DNA of 27,486 bases from an uncultured virus (IMG/VR IMGVR_UViG_3300011215_000019) (taxonomy: Duplodnaviria; Heunggongvirae; Uroviricota; Caudoviricetes): the IMG/VR virus record IMGVR_UViG_3300011215_000019, positions 62,001 through 89,486 of that record; one strand, given 5' to 3'. Below the pieces are notes generated by a model. It searched no databases. It was given only the letters and a program-made list of their open reading frames with translations, and had not been told where the DNA came from. Position 1 is the stretch's first letter. Each line of letters begins with the position of its first letter. The position numbers were made by a program, and so were the translations under genes. Shown here piece by piece: positions 7,418 through 17,022 of the stretch.

Positions 7418-7930
7418 ATGAGTGAAAATCAGAATTCAAACCCTGCTGGCAACGAGCCGAACAATGCTGGTGAGCCGAAGCCGGGAGAACAGCTTACGGG
7501 CAAGACGTTCACCCAGGCAGACGTTGACCGCATCGTGCAGGATCGTCTCGCGCAGCAGGCGAAGAACAAGTTCGGCGATTACGACGCGTTGAAGACGAAG
7601 GCTGGGGAATCCGCCTCGTTGGAAGAACGTCTCGTTGGCTTGGAGACTCGTGCGCAGAAAGCTGAGCAGGACGCGTTGCGCGCCACTGTCGCCGCAGCGC
7701 ATGGGATCAGCACGAAGAAGGGCGACAAGGGCGAGCCTTCCGACGCTGACCTATTCCTCACCGGAACCGATGAAGCAACGCTCAAGGCGCAGGCTGAACG
7801 CCTCGCTGGACGGGCAGCCGAGCAGAAGAAGCACGGCAACTTTGCTCCGAACGAGGGCAAATCTACCAACGCTCCCAAGGCTGATCCGAAGCTTGAATGG
7901 CTTCGCTCGGTCAACGGGTCGAACGCCTAA
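7418..7930 (+). CDS. Head scaffolding protein
   Basis: ATG 7418; KTFTQADVDRIVQDRL motif and coiled coil; precedes the capsid gene. Confidence 0.85.
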   Translation: MSENQNSNPAGNEPNNAGEPKPGEQLTGKTFTQADVDRIVQDRLAQQAKNKFGDYDALKTKAGESASLEERLVGLETRAQKAEQDALRATVAAAHGISTKKGDKGEPSDADLFLTGTDEATLKAQAERLAGRAAEQKKHGNFAPNEGKSTNAPKADPKLEWLRSVNGSNA

Positions 7931-7944
7931 TAGGAGGCAACTAA

Positions 7945-8850
7945 ATGGCTGCATTGACCAGCTCTGATCTGTTTCTGCCGACTCAGATCGTAGATGGCAT
8001 CGTGGAGAAGTCGAAGACTAGCTCCACCATTGCCGCACTGTCCGGCCAGGAGCCGATGCGCTTCGGTAACGTCAACATCGTCACCTTTGACGATGACCTG
8101 ACTGCCGAATTCGTTGAGGAATCTGGTGCGAAGTCCGAAGACTCGGCTAAGCCGAGCTCGGTAATCGCCCTTCCGCGTAAGGCTGTCGTGAACTTCCGAA
8201 CTTCGGATGAGTTCAAGATCGCCGATGAGGAATACCAGCTGGGAATCCTGAACAAGTTCGAAGAGAAGTGTGGCCGCGCTCTGGCTCGCGCACTGGATCT
8301 TGGTGCTTACTACCGCATCAACCCACGTACCGGCAATCAGGTAACTACGTGGACGAATTACCTGAACCAGACCACCAACCGTGTTGAGATTGGCGCGAAC
8401 GCCGATATCGACGTGGAGACCGCAGCAGGTCTGGTCATCGGCGACGGCTACCGCCCAACTGGCATTGCCATGGATCCTGCCTACGCATGGACCCTTTCCA
8501 CCGCCCGTTACGCAGACGGTCGCAAGAAGTACCCGGAGCTGGGCCTCGGCGTGGACGTGTCCGCGTTCGAAGGTCTTCAGGCTTCGATTTCCAGCACCGT
8601 TTCGGGCAAGCCGAACGATGGTGACGCTGCTGATAACGGTGTCCGCGGTATCGTGGGTAATTTCCAGCAGGGCATTCGCTGGGGTGTTCAGAAGAACTTC
8701 CCGTTCCGCATGCTCGAATTCGGCGACCCGGACAACACCGGCCGCGATCTGGCTGGCCACAACGAGGTGCTGTTCCGTGCCGAGGTTATCTACGCCTGGT
8801 ACGTGTTCGCTGATCAGTTCTCGGTCATCGAGAACGGGGTGACTCCGTAA
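7945..8850 (+). CDS. Major capsid protein (HK97 fold)
   Basis: AGGAGG RBS; AEFVEES..K, GIVGNF and RDLAGHNEVLFRAE motifs. Confidence 0.93.
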   Translation: MAALTSSDLFLPTQIVDGIVEKSKTSSTIAALSGQEPMRFGNVNIVTFDDDLTAEFVEESGAKSEDSAKPSSVIALPRKAVVNFRTSDEFKIADEEYQLGILNKFEEKCGRALARALDLGAYYRINPRTGNQVTTWTNYLNQTTNRVEIGANADIDVETAAGLVIGDGYRPTGIAMDPAYAWTLSTARYADGRKKYPELGLGVDVSAFEGLQASISSTVSGKPNDGDAADNGVRGIVGNFQQGIRWGVQKNFPFRMLEFGDPDNTGRDLAGHNEVLFRAEVIYAWYVFADQFSVIENGVTP

Positions 8851-9128
8851 TGCCTCGCCTTCGCAATAAGGTGACCGGCGCTGTTGTGAACGTCTCCGAA
8901 ACCACTGCGGCTCGCATGAGTCGTGAGTGGTCGGATGCGGACGCTGCGCAGCGCAGTACGGAGCCTGACAACACTTGGAAGGTCGCTGAGCTCAAAGCCT
9001 ATGCGGCCGAGAACGGCATCGACGTGAGCGAAGCCAAGAACAAGGGTGATCTGCTGGAAGCGATCAACGCCGCTGGGGAATCCAGCGATGGTGAAGGCTC
9101 TGGCGACCCTGACGGCAACGACGACTAG
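8850..9128 (+). CDS. Small head-associated protein with helix-extension-helix (Rho-N/LEM-like) motif
   Basis: WKVAELKAYAAENGIDVSEAKNKGDLLEAI; TAATG overlap with the capsid gene. Confidence 0.65.
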   Translation: MPRLRNKVTGAVVNVSETTAARMSREWSDADAAQRSTEPDNTWKVAELKAYAAENGIDVSEAKNKGDLLEAINAAGESSDGEGSGDPDGNDD

Positions 9129-9142
9129 TTGAGGGGGCGGTT

Positions 9143-9622
9143 ATGCCAACTAAAGTTACACCCGAAAAGATCGCGGTAGCACTGGGTAAGACCGCCCCCA
9201 CGTCTGGCTCAGTTCAAGAAGCTCAGTGGCAGATGTGGATTGAAGATGCTGTGATGCTCATCGATTCCAAGGTCGCTGAGTTGGACGTTGAGTACCCGGA
9301 TCAAATGAAAGTCGATTATGTGGTGCGCGAAGCTGTGGTCGCCCACGTCCGTCGCCCAGACGATGCCACTCAGGTGACGATCTCTGTTGATGATGGGTCA
9401 TCATCTAAGACCTACAAATCCGGCAATGGGCTGGTAACTATCACTGATGCTTGGTGGGCGCTGCTCGGGCTTGTCGAGGTAAACAGTGGCGCTTATTCGG
9501 TGGACATGATTGGGCGCTCTGGTGGGCATCCGCCGTGGTGCTCGATCTACTTCGGTGGTTCTTGCTCGTGTGGCACGAACATTGCTGGCGGTCCGATCTA
9601 TGAGCCGGGCTGGCGGTGGTAA
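9143..9622 (+). CDS. Head-to-tail adaptor
   Basis: Synteny; VVREAVV...RRPDD...TISVDD.S.S pattern. Confidence 0.8.
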   Translation: MPTKVTPEKIAVALGKTAPTSGSVQEAQWQMWIEDAVMLIDSKVAELDVEYPDQMKVDYVVREAVVAHVRRPDDATQVTISVDDGSSSKTYKSGNGLVTITDAWWALLGLVEVNSGAYSVDMIGRSGGHPPWCSIYFGGSCSCGTNIAGGPIYEPGWRW

Positions 9623-9625
9623 TTC

Positions 9626-10033
9626 ATGAGTCTTGCTGATGATGTTCTTGGTGTATTGCCTGATCTTCAGGCGGCTGCGGAGTCTCTGATGATCGATGAG
9701 TGTGTTCTTGAGCGGCAGACTGGTGAGACGGTCACTGACCCGATCACGGGTGCTGTCACTGAGGAATGGGCGACGGTCTACGCGGGGAAGTTCAAGCTCA
9801 CTGGGCGAGTCGCGCAAGCAGCCACCCCGGAGGCGGGCGGACACGCTTTCACTGTTGAACAGCTCATGGTTCACCTGCCCGTTTCTACTGCTTCGGCTAC
9901 TGGCGACCGGGTAACCATCCTGGCGACTACGTTGGATCCACTGCTGGTGGGGTTGCAAGTTCGACTAACTGAGCTAGCACGCGGCGCGATTCGTACCGCG
10001 TACCGCTGGAACGTTGAACTGGTGACAGCATGA
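9626..10033 (+). CDS. Head-to-tail stopper
   Basis: AESLMIDEC...DPITG...VYAGK pattern; synteny. Confidence 0.8.
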   Translation: MSLADDVLGVLPDLQAAAESLMIDECVLERQTGETVTDPITGAVTEEWATVYAGKFKLTGRVAQAATPEAGGHAFTVEQLMVHLPVSTASATGDRVTILATTLDPLLVGLQVRLTELARGAIRTAYRWNVELVTA

Positions 10034-10416
10034 GCGGTGGTGACGATCTTATGAAGTTCGCTGCGGATCTCGGGAAGGTCGCCTCTCGGGCGGTGACTGA
10101 CGTTGATCCGGTCCTGAAAAAAGGTGCCCAGAACATCAAGAATGATCTGGTATCTGAGGCTAGGGGTTCTAGGACTCTTGGTGCCAACCTCGCTGGTTCG
10201 ATCAGTTATGACCCTATTGGAGGCTTAGGTTCGCTGGGTTACGAAATCGGTCCAGACAAATCGAGGCCTGGTGGCCCGCTGGGAAATATCTACTATTTCG
10301 GCACTAGCCGTGGTGGTGGCACTGGTGATCTTGAAGGGCCGCTGGTTCGTGAAGCGCCTGCTCTTGAGCGTGAGCTTGGGAAGCTGGTTGATGGGTGGGG
10401 TGATGCGCTTGAGTGA
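10030..10416 (+). CDS. Neck/tail completion protein (HK97 gp10-like)
   Basis: LAGSISYD...EIGP...LGNIYYFGT motif; synteny. Confidence 0.75.
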   Translation: MSGGDDLMKFAADLGKVASRAVTDVDPVLKKGAQNIKNDLVSEARGSRTLGANLAGSISYDPIGGLGSLGYEIGPDKSRPGGPLGNIYYFGTSRGGGTGDLEGPLVREAPALERELGKLVDGWGDALE

Positions 10417-10789
10417 GCATGCTGAGTTCCTGGCTTTGCTTGCCACGTTGCCGAGTAGAGCGCCGATTCATAAGGGAACTGTGCCGGCTAATCCTAGTTT
10501 CCCGTATGTGTTGGTAACTCGCGTGGTTCCGTATGCGTCGGAGCGGTCGTTGAATCGTACTGTTCATGCGCGCACGTCACGCTGGTTGCTGACTATTGCG
10601 GGGTTGAATGACACGTCGGTTGGGATCATTGCTCAGCAGTGCTTGGACGTGTTGGAAGGCGCGAGGATCAACGGCCAGCGGCTCGAAGAAATCCCTAACC
10701 GGCTCGGCATTGAACCCGACCTAGACGTGACACTCACTGGTGGTGCTCACCCCATGTTTACCAAGCAAGAGTGGCACGTCATGTCCTAA
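10403..10789 (+). CDS. Tail terminator
   Basis: Start re-called at ATG 10403 (MRLSEHAEF); G.VP....FPYVLV motif; synteny. Confidence 0.72.
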   Translation: MRLSEHAEFLALLATLPSRAPIHKGTVPANPSFPYVLVTRVVPYASERSLNRTVHARTSRWLLTIAGLNDTSVGIIAQQCLDVLEGARINGQRLEEIPNRLGIEPDLDVTLTGGAHPMFTKQEWHVMS

Positions 10790-10810
10790 CCGTATAACCC
10801 ATTTTTTCGT

Positions 10811-10840
10811 AAGACCTCATGTTCGCGTGGGGTCTTTTTT
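10811..10840 (+). terminator. Intrinsic terminator within the late operon
   Basis: AAGACCTCATG-TTCG-CGTGGGGTCTT followed by TTTT. Confidence 0.65.
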
Positions 10841-10866
10841 CATGCTCCAAACAGGAGGTAACCCGC

Positions 10867-11064
10867 ATGTATGTGCGTGTGAAAGACAAGTCCACCGGGC
10901 ATGAGCTTGACGTGCTGAGCACTGACAAGCGCATCGGTGAGGCTTTCACTTTGGTCAACAAGGCCAGTTACCCGGAGTCGCCTTTGCCGCGTGCTCCGAA
11001 GTTCAACCCATTGCCGTCTACCGCTAAGGGTGGCGCGGCCAAGTCTGAGAAGAAAGAGGGCTAA
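10867..11064 (+). CDS. Small hypothetical protein preceding the major tail gene
   Basis: AGGAGG (10853-10858) then ATG 10867, MYVRVKDKSTGHE. Confidence 0.75.
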   Translation: MYVRVKDKSTGHELDVLSTDKRIGEAFTLVNKASYPESPLPRAPKFNPLPSTAKGGAAKSEKKEG

Positions 11065-11066
11065 CA

Positions 11067-11576
11067 ATGGCCGAGATTCGTTCTACCCCTTATGACGGCA
11101 ACGTAAAGGCCGTCCTTGTCCCTGCTATCGCTGACGTGAAGAACCCTACGGTTGCTGAGCTGACCGGCGCAGGTGTCATCGACATTTCCTGCTACCTGAC
11201 CGGCGATGGCCTGGCCATTTCGGTGGATCAGCAGACCGTTTCGGATGAGCGTCTGTGCTCGACTTCGACGTTCGAGAAGCGTGGCCGCAAGACTCACTCG
11301 GTCGATGTGACCTACATCGACAACACGAACTCGGTGGCGAACGCTGACCAGAACGAAGCACGTGAAGCGCTCGAAGAGGGCTCGCACCATTACTTGGTGA
11401 CTCGTCGCAACGTGGCGTATGAGACCGCGATTGCTGCGGCTCAGAAGGTGCGCGTGTACCCGGTGGAGGCTGGTTTCCCGGCTGAGGTTCCGGGCGAGGC
11501 GAACTCGGTGACTCGTTCGACTTCGAAGCTGTTCGTTGAGGCTGAGCCTGGCATCGACGTGGCTGTTACTGCCTGA
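11067..11576 (+). CDS. Major tail (tube) protein
   Basis: PTVAELT...DISCYLT...DERLC motif typical of actinophage tail tube proteins. Confidence 0.9.
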   Translation: MAEIRSTPYDGNVKAVLVPAIADVKNPTVAELTGAGVIDISCYLTGDGLAISVDQQTVSDERLCSTSTFEKRGRKTHSVDVTYIDNTNSVANADQNEAREALEEGSHHYLVTRRNVAYETAIAAAQKVRVYPVEAGFPAEVPGEANSVTRSTSKLFVEAEPGIDVAVTA

Positions 11577-11677
11577 TCGGTTTTGTTCTTCCTGTCCCGT
11601 GCCATCTTGACAGGGTGTGGCGCGGGGCAGGTTCAAAAACCCTTGTTACCTGTCCCAATAGTTTTTAGGAGCCTGCG

Positions 11678-12232
11678 TTGGCTGAGAAGAAGAAGTTTGA
11701 GTTCAAGCGTCCGACTCGTTTGGTGCGTGTTTGCACTGACGGTGAGCTGGTGTCGGAGTACGAGGCTGTTCAGGCTGAGCTTGACGAAAAGCGTCGTGCG
11801 GCGATTGTTGACCGTCGTTTGAATCCTCCTGTCAAGGAGTTGGAGATCCGTTCTGCTGAGCTGTACAAGGCGCAGGAGGATTCCACCATTGTGTTCAAGC
11901 TCAGTGCCTTGCCTCGCAAGACTTGGGATGAGCTCAAGACGAAGAACCCTCCACGTGATGACAACGAATCTGACGAAAACCTCGGCTACAACGTGGACAC
12001 CTGCCTGGATGCTGCGATGGGTACCGAGGGTACCATCCTTGAGGTCACGCAGGACGGTGAGCCAATCGAGTTCACTACTGAGGACTGGAAGGTGTTGTCG
12101 CCTGAGCTGACCGATGGTCAGTGGACCGAGTTCCAGCTGGCTCTTAGCGGGCTGAATGGTGGTCGGCCGAAGGTCCCTTTTTCGCAGAGCGGATACAAGC
12201 TGATGCAGGATTCCGCCGAGAAGTCGAAGTAG
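11678..12232 (+). CDS. Tail assembly chaperone (gpG-like)
   Basis: AGGAG RBS and TTG start; lies between the tail tube and tape measure genes. Confidence 0.85.
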   Translation: MAEKKKFEFKRPTRLVRVCTDGELVSEYEAVQAELDEKRRAAIVDRRLNPPVKELEIRSAELYKAQEDSTIVFKLSALPRKTWDELKTKNPPRDDNESDENLGYNVDTCLDAAMGTEGTILEVTQDGEPIEFTTEDWKVLSPELTDGQWTEFQLALSGLNGGRPKVPFSQSGYKLMQDSAEKSK

Positions 12233-12522
12233 CTCGTTCTCTCGGGGTTTCGCATGGGGAGTTTTTGAGTTGGGATGAGGGCGAGCAGGATAAGATGCTC
12301 GCCCTCAAACTGTACGAGGACACCATGTTATGCCCGTTGTGTGGTGGTCCGATTAGTGAGTGTACGGATCCTGAGAATGAGATGGCGTTCAAGGTGGATC
12401 CGCCAACTCGTTGCCATAGGACTACCGCGAAATTGCGGTACATGGAGGGTGATGGGCAGTGGGATAAGCGTCCGCATAATCGAGCGTTGATGCTTATCAC
12501 TCGCTTTTTGACGGGGCGTTAG
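11678..12522 (+). CDS. Tail assembly chaperone, -1 frameshift product (gpGT-like)
   Basis: Slippery heptamer C CCT TTT (12175-12181) in frame; the -1 frame is open (FAERIQADAGFRREVEVARSLGVSHGEFLSWDEGEQDKML...CPLCG) to TAG 12522. Confidence 0.85.
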
Positions 12523-12728
12523 TCGTTGTTTTTGGCGGGTGTTTCTCGGCCTAGCCCGATGCCGACGATGAACGTGATGAACCCTGCCAGCGCGACTACG
12601 ACGCTGATGCTCATGAGGGTTTGCCCGTCGCCGTAACCTCCGGCTAATGCGAACGCTATTCCGAACACGAGCATGGCCAGCCCGGTCATGCGGGCATTGT
12701 GCCCTTTTCTTGAAACGAATTTACTCAT
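12519..12728 (-). CDS. Small 2-TM membrane protein (antisense moron)
   Basis: Two hydrophobic helices; TATGAT -10 box 7 nt upstream of ATG 12728 suggests a leaderless mRNA. Confidence 0.7.
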   Translation of the reverse strand: MSKFVSRKGHNARMTGLAMLVFGIAFALAGGYGDGQTLMSISVVVALAGFITFIVGIGLGRETPAKNND

Positions 12729-12774
12729 GCCTCCGATCATAGTCGGGGGCTTCTTCATTTAAGGAGTCCCTCTT

Positions 12775-15700
12775 TTGGCGCGCACAGTAAAACTCGAGAT
12801 TCAGGCTAACGTCCAAGGCGCTGTTGCCAATTTGAAGACCTTGGCGAAGGCTACTCAGGATACTGCGAAGCAGGTTGATTCGTGGGCGGCTAAGCATGAG
12901 GAAAGCCTGAACACTGTTGGTCAGGGGATGACCGCTTTCGGTGTCGTTGCTGCTGCCGGTGCTGGCATGGCTGTGAAGAAGTTTGCGGACTTCGATAAGC
13001 AAATGTCGTCGGTGCAGGCGGCAACGCATGAGACTGAGCAGAACATGGGTTTGCTTCGTCAGGCTGCTATTGATGCTGGTGCTGATACGGCTTTTTCGGC
13101 TGTTGAAGCGGCGCAGGGCATTGAGGAACTGGCTAAGGCTGGTGTGAGCGTTACCGATGTTTTGAGCGGTGGCTTGAACGGTGCGCTGTCGTTGGCGGCG
13201 GCTGGTGAGCTTGAGGTTGGTAAGGCCGCTGAGATCGCTAGTTCCGCGATGACTCAGTTCAAGCTTTCGGGCGATCAGATCCCGCACCTTGCTGACTTGT
13301 TGGCGGCTGGTGCTGGTAAAGCTCAGGGCGGGGTGGAAGACCTCGGCATGGCGCTGAACCAGTCAGGCCTTGTCGCGGCTTCTACTGGCTTGACCATTGA
13401 AGAAACCGTTGGCGGTTTGACAGCCTTTGCGTCTGCTGGCTTGCTGGGTTCGGATGCTGGTACGTCGTTCAAGACGATGTTGCAGCGCCTTACTCCGCAG
13501 TCGAAGGAAGCTCAGAAGCAGTTCGACGCCTTGGGTATCTCGGCGTATGACGCTAACGGTGAGTTCGTTGGGTTGGCTGACTTTGCTGGCCAGTTGCAGA
13601 CGAAGATGGCCGGCCTGACCCCTGAAGCCAGGAATGCGGCAATGGGGATCATGTTCGGTTCCGATGCTGTGCGTGCTTCGACTGTGCTGTTTGAGCAGGG
13701 TGCGGAGGGTGTTCAGAAGTGGATTGATCAGGTCAATGATGCTGGTTATGCCGCTGATACTGCGGCGATCATGCAGAACAACCTTGCTGGCGATCTTGAG
13801 AAGCTGGGCGGCGCGTTCGATACCGTGTTCATCCAGTCCGGCGGTGCCGCTAACGATGCGTTGCGTGGGCTGGTGCAGACTGCTGAGAGCGTTGTGGACG
13901 CTATCGGGAAGATCCCTGCCCCGATCCTCGGTGCCGGGGCTGTCATTGGTGGCTTGGCTGGCACTGCCGCGCTCGTAGGTGGCGGGCTAATCACCGTCCT
14001 GCCGAAGATCCGCGACACCCGCGACGCGCTGAATGACCTGTTCCCAGCTGGCAGCAAGGCAGAAGCTGGACTAAGCAAGGCCAAGTCTGGCATGGCAAGC
14101 CTCGCCAAGGGCGCGACCATTGCGGCCGGCATCATGGCTGTTGGTGTGGGCATCGGCAAGCTCGCTGAAATGTCCTACACCGGCAACATCATCGAAGGTA
14201 CTGGGCATCTGGCGAAGGCTTTGAAGGAAGTAGAAGCCAACGGTCCGGGTGCAGCTGATGCTTTGGATGCTGCTTTCAAGGGTGTTGACGGTCAGGGGAT
14301 CGTCAAAGAGATTTCTGGCATGGATGATGCTATTCATCAGCTGTTCTCTGATAATCCGGGCGATAAGTTCGACAACTGGGGCCAGGATGTCGTGAACGCG
14401 ATGACTGGCATCAAGGGTACGAAGCAGATTGCTGAGGATGCTTTCGGCGGGATTGATGCCGAGCTGGCGAACCTTGTGAATTCTGGGAACGCTGACGGTG
14501 CTGCCACGGCGATGAACGCGATTCAGGAAAAGATGAAGGCTGCGGGCGTTTCCGCTGAGGAATCGGCGTACCTGTTCCCACAGTACGCCGATGCTTTGAA
14601 TCGTGTTGATGCTGAGTCGCAGAACGCTGCTGGTGGTTCTGATGTGCTGGCTGGTGCTCTTGGCGGCGTTGGTGCTGAGGCTGAAGAAGTTGCGGCTTCG
14701 TTGGATGACATTCTGGCGTCGCTGTTTGAGCTTGGCCGTGAGACGCGGACAACTATTGAGGCTGAGGACGCGCTCACCAATTCGCTGTCGGCTTTGAATA
14801 CGTCGGTTGGTGAGAACGGTAAGAAGTTCGAGGGTAACTCGAAGGCCGCGATGGCTAACCGTGAAGCGCTGATCGGTGTTGCAGCGGACATGGAATCACT
14901 GATTGATGCGCAGGCTCGTGGCGGTGCTTCTGCTGGTGAGATTCAGTCCACGATGAAGTCTACATACGACGCGATGATGGAAGCGACTGGCGGTTCTGAG
15001 GAACTGGTCCGGTCGCTGTTGTCTATCCCGCCGAATGTGAACGTGAAGACGTGGATGGAGGAAACCGCCCGGGAGATTGCAGAGGGCACTGCTGATGCGA
15101 TTGAGGCGATTCCTGGTTATAAGAAGGTCGGTATTGCTGTCTCTGAGGATGGTACTGCTGGTCAGGTGCAGTCTCGTATCAATGAGGTCACGGGTAAGAC
15201 TGAGTACATTTTCGTTACTGAGAATGGCACGACTGCGCAGGTTCAAGCAGGCATTGCCGACATCGACGGAAAGAACGTGCCGGTTTGGGTTGGCGATGAC
15301 GGCACCGTGTACGGCACGCAGGGCAAGATCAACGGCATCAAGGGTAAAGATGTCACGATCTTTGCTGATGCCCAGACCCGTGATGCGATTTCGAAGCTGG
15401 ATGCTGCGGCCCGGGATCGTTATGCCACGATTCACACTCGTGTGGTGACGACGAAGGAAACTTACGAGTCCACTGGCCCTGGTGGTCGTGGTGGTATCAC
15501 TCGCGCTCGTGGTGGTTCGGTGTTTGGGCCGGGTACTGAAACAAGTGATTCGATTCCGGCGTGGTTGTCTACGAATGAGCATGTGCTTAGTGCGCGTGAG
15601 GTTCGTGGTCTTGGTGGGCACGGTTCGGTTGAGCGGTTGCGTGCTTTGGCGCGTAACGGTCAAGCTCCGGCCTTTGCTACTGGTGGTGCTGTTGGGCGTG

Positions 15701-16971
15701 CTGAGAAGCGTGTCAAGGACTTGCAGAAGACCTATAGCAGCATCGGTTCAGGCAAAGCCAACAAGGCGCGTAAGGCGGCAGCTAAGGATCAGCTGGACGC
15801 GGCGAAGGAAGAACTGAAGGCTGCGAAGGCTGCTAAGAAGTCTTCTGATCAGGCGGCTAAGGATGCGAAGGAGAAGGCTTCGCGTCTGGCGGAGTCTCGC
15901 CGTGATCTACGCACTGATCTACGCCGTGGAAACATCGTTGACTCGTTCACGTCGGGCTCTGGGTTGTCGCAGGTGGACAAACTGTTGGAAGTGTCGCGTA
16001 ACGGTGACTATTCCAAGGGCAAGCGGAAGGCTGCGGCACGGGATGCGGCTGGCTTGGAGAAGGCGCTCGCGTCACTCACGAAGCGGTCTGAAGGGCTTGA
16101 GAAAGCACTTGAGGCGGCGAAGGACAAGGCCGACGAGCTACGTGCTGTGCGTGATGCCGTGGCCGGTGATCTGCGGGGAGAGTTCTCCCTTTCCGGGATG
16201 CTTTCGGATACGCGCCGGGATTTGGGGTCTAACCCGTTCACTGCCAAGTCCATTGCATCCCGTGCCAGCCAGGTGGCCAAGCGTATTGAGGTTTTCGCTG
16301 GTCGGCTGAACCGTCTCCGCAAGCTCGGGTACGGCGAAACGATCATCCAGGAGATCGCGGCACTCGGCACTGAGGACGGCATCCTCGCCGCTGGTGCATT
16401 GATGAACGCTTCCAAACAGGAGCGCAACAACATCATAGGCGCGTACGACCGGCTAGACCGGGCTTCGGGCAAGGCTGGCCAGTACGTCACGGAGTCCATG
16501 TACAAGGGTGGGCTAGATGCTGCTGATGGGCTTGTGTCCGGGTTGGAGTCCAAGCAGAAGAAGGTCGAATCGGCGTTCTACAAGCTCGGCAAGAGCGCGG
16601 AGAAGTCTTTTCGCAAGTCCTTGGACATGCACTCGCCTTCCAGGACGATGGCTATCGGTGGCGTCGACTCCATCGACGGAGTTATCGTCGGTGCCGAGAG
16701 CAAGCGGCAGAGCCTGATCGACACATATGCGTCGATGGGACATGACGTAGCCTCGGCGTACCAGCCGAACCTCGCTTTGGCGGTTCCACCGTCCTATGAG
16801 GTCGCACGCTACGCGGCGGCACAGGCAGCTCCGGCGGCGGTCTCGGCGGATGCTATCGCCGCGGCGGTGCAGGCTGGCATGTCCAGTTGGCAGCCGATGG
16901 TGCAGATTGATGGGCGCAAGTTCTACGGAACCATGCAGCAAGTTACCCAGCAGTACGGCGCACGCCGATAA
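12775..16971 (+). CDS. Tape measure protein
   Basis: 1398 aa, Ala/Gly-rich; TP901-type core (FSAVEAAQGIEELAKAG, GSDAGTSFKTML), GPGT.TSDSIPA.LS..E and LDMHSPSR motifs; AAGGAG RBS. Confidence 0.95.
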   Translation: MARTVKLEIQANVQGAVANLKTLAKATQDTAKQVDSWAAKHEESLNTVGQGMTAFGVVAAAGAGMAVKKFADFDKQMSSVQAATHETEQNMGLLRQAAIDAGADTAFSAVEAAQGIEELAKAGVSVTDVLSGGLNGALSLAAAGELEVGKAAEIASSAMTQFKLSGDQIPHLADLLAAGAGKAQGGVEDLGMALNQSGLVAASTGLTIEETVGGLTAFASAGLLGSDAGTSFKTMLQRLTPQSKEAQKQFDALGISAYDANGEFVGLADFAGQLQTKMAGLTPEARNAAMGIMFGSDAVRASTVLFEQGAEGVQKWIDQVNDAGYAADTAAIMQNNLAGDLEKLGGAFDTVFIQSGGAANDALRGLVQTAESVVDAIGKIPAPILGAGAVIGGLAGTAALVGGGLITVLPKIRDTRDALNDLFPAGSKAEAGLSKAKSGMASLAKGATIAAGIMAVGVGIGKLAEMSYTGNIIEGTGHLAKALKEVEANGPGAADALDAAFKGVDGQGIVKEISGMDDAIHQLFSDNPGDKFDNWGQDVVNAMTGIKGTKQIAEDAFGGIDAELANLVNSGNADGAATAMNAIQEKMKAAGVSAEESAYLFPQYADALNRVDAESQNAAGGSDVLAGALGGVGAEAEEVAASLDDILASLFELGRETRTTIEAEDALTNSLSALNTSVGENGKKFEGNSKAAMANREALIGVAADMESLIDAQARGGASAGEIQSTMKSTYDAMMEATGGSEELVRSLLSIPPNVNVKTWMEETAREIAEGTADAIEAIPGYKKVGIAVSEDGTAGQVQSRINEVTGKTEYIFVTENGTTAQVQAGIADIDGKNVPVWVGDDGTVYGTQGKINGIKGKDVTIFADAQTRDAISKLDAAARDRYATIHTRVVTTKETYESTGPGGRGGITRARGGSVFGPGTETSDSIPAWLSTNEHVLSAREVRGLGGHGSVERLRALARNGQAPAFATGGAVGRAEKRVKDLQKTYSSIGSGKANKARKAAAKDQLDAAKEELKAAKAAKKSSDQAAKDAKEKASRLAESRRDLRTDLRRGNIVDSFTSGSGLSQVDKLLEVSRNGDYSKGKRKAAARDAAGLEKALASLTKRSEGLEKALEAAKDKADELRAVRDAVAGDLRGEFSLSGMLSDTRRDLGSNPFTAKSIASRASQVAKRIEVFAGRLNRLRKLGYGETIIQEIAALGTEDGILAAGALMNASKQERNNIIGAYDRLDRASGKAGQYVTESMYKGGLDAADGLVSGLESKQKKVESAFYKLGKSAEKSFRKSLDMHSPSRTMAIGGVDSIDGVIVGAESKRQSLIDTYASMGHDVASAYQPNLALAVPPSYEVARYAAAQAAPAAVSADAIAAAVQAGMSSWQPMVQIDGRKFYGTMQQVTQQYGARR

Positions 16972-16975
16972 ATCA

Positions 16976-17007
16976 GGAGGGCAACCCAAGCACATGGGTT
17001 GCCCTCC
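16976..17007 (+). terminator. Perfect 13-bp stem-loop after the tape measure gene
   Basis: GGAGGGCAACCCA-AGCACA-TGGGTTGCCCTCC; weak U-tract. Confidence 0.5.
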
Positions 17008-17022
17008 AAGTTTAGGAGTCAC

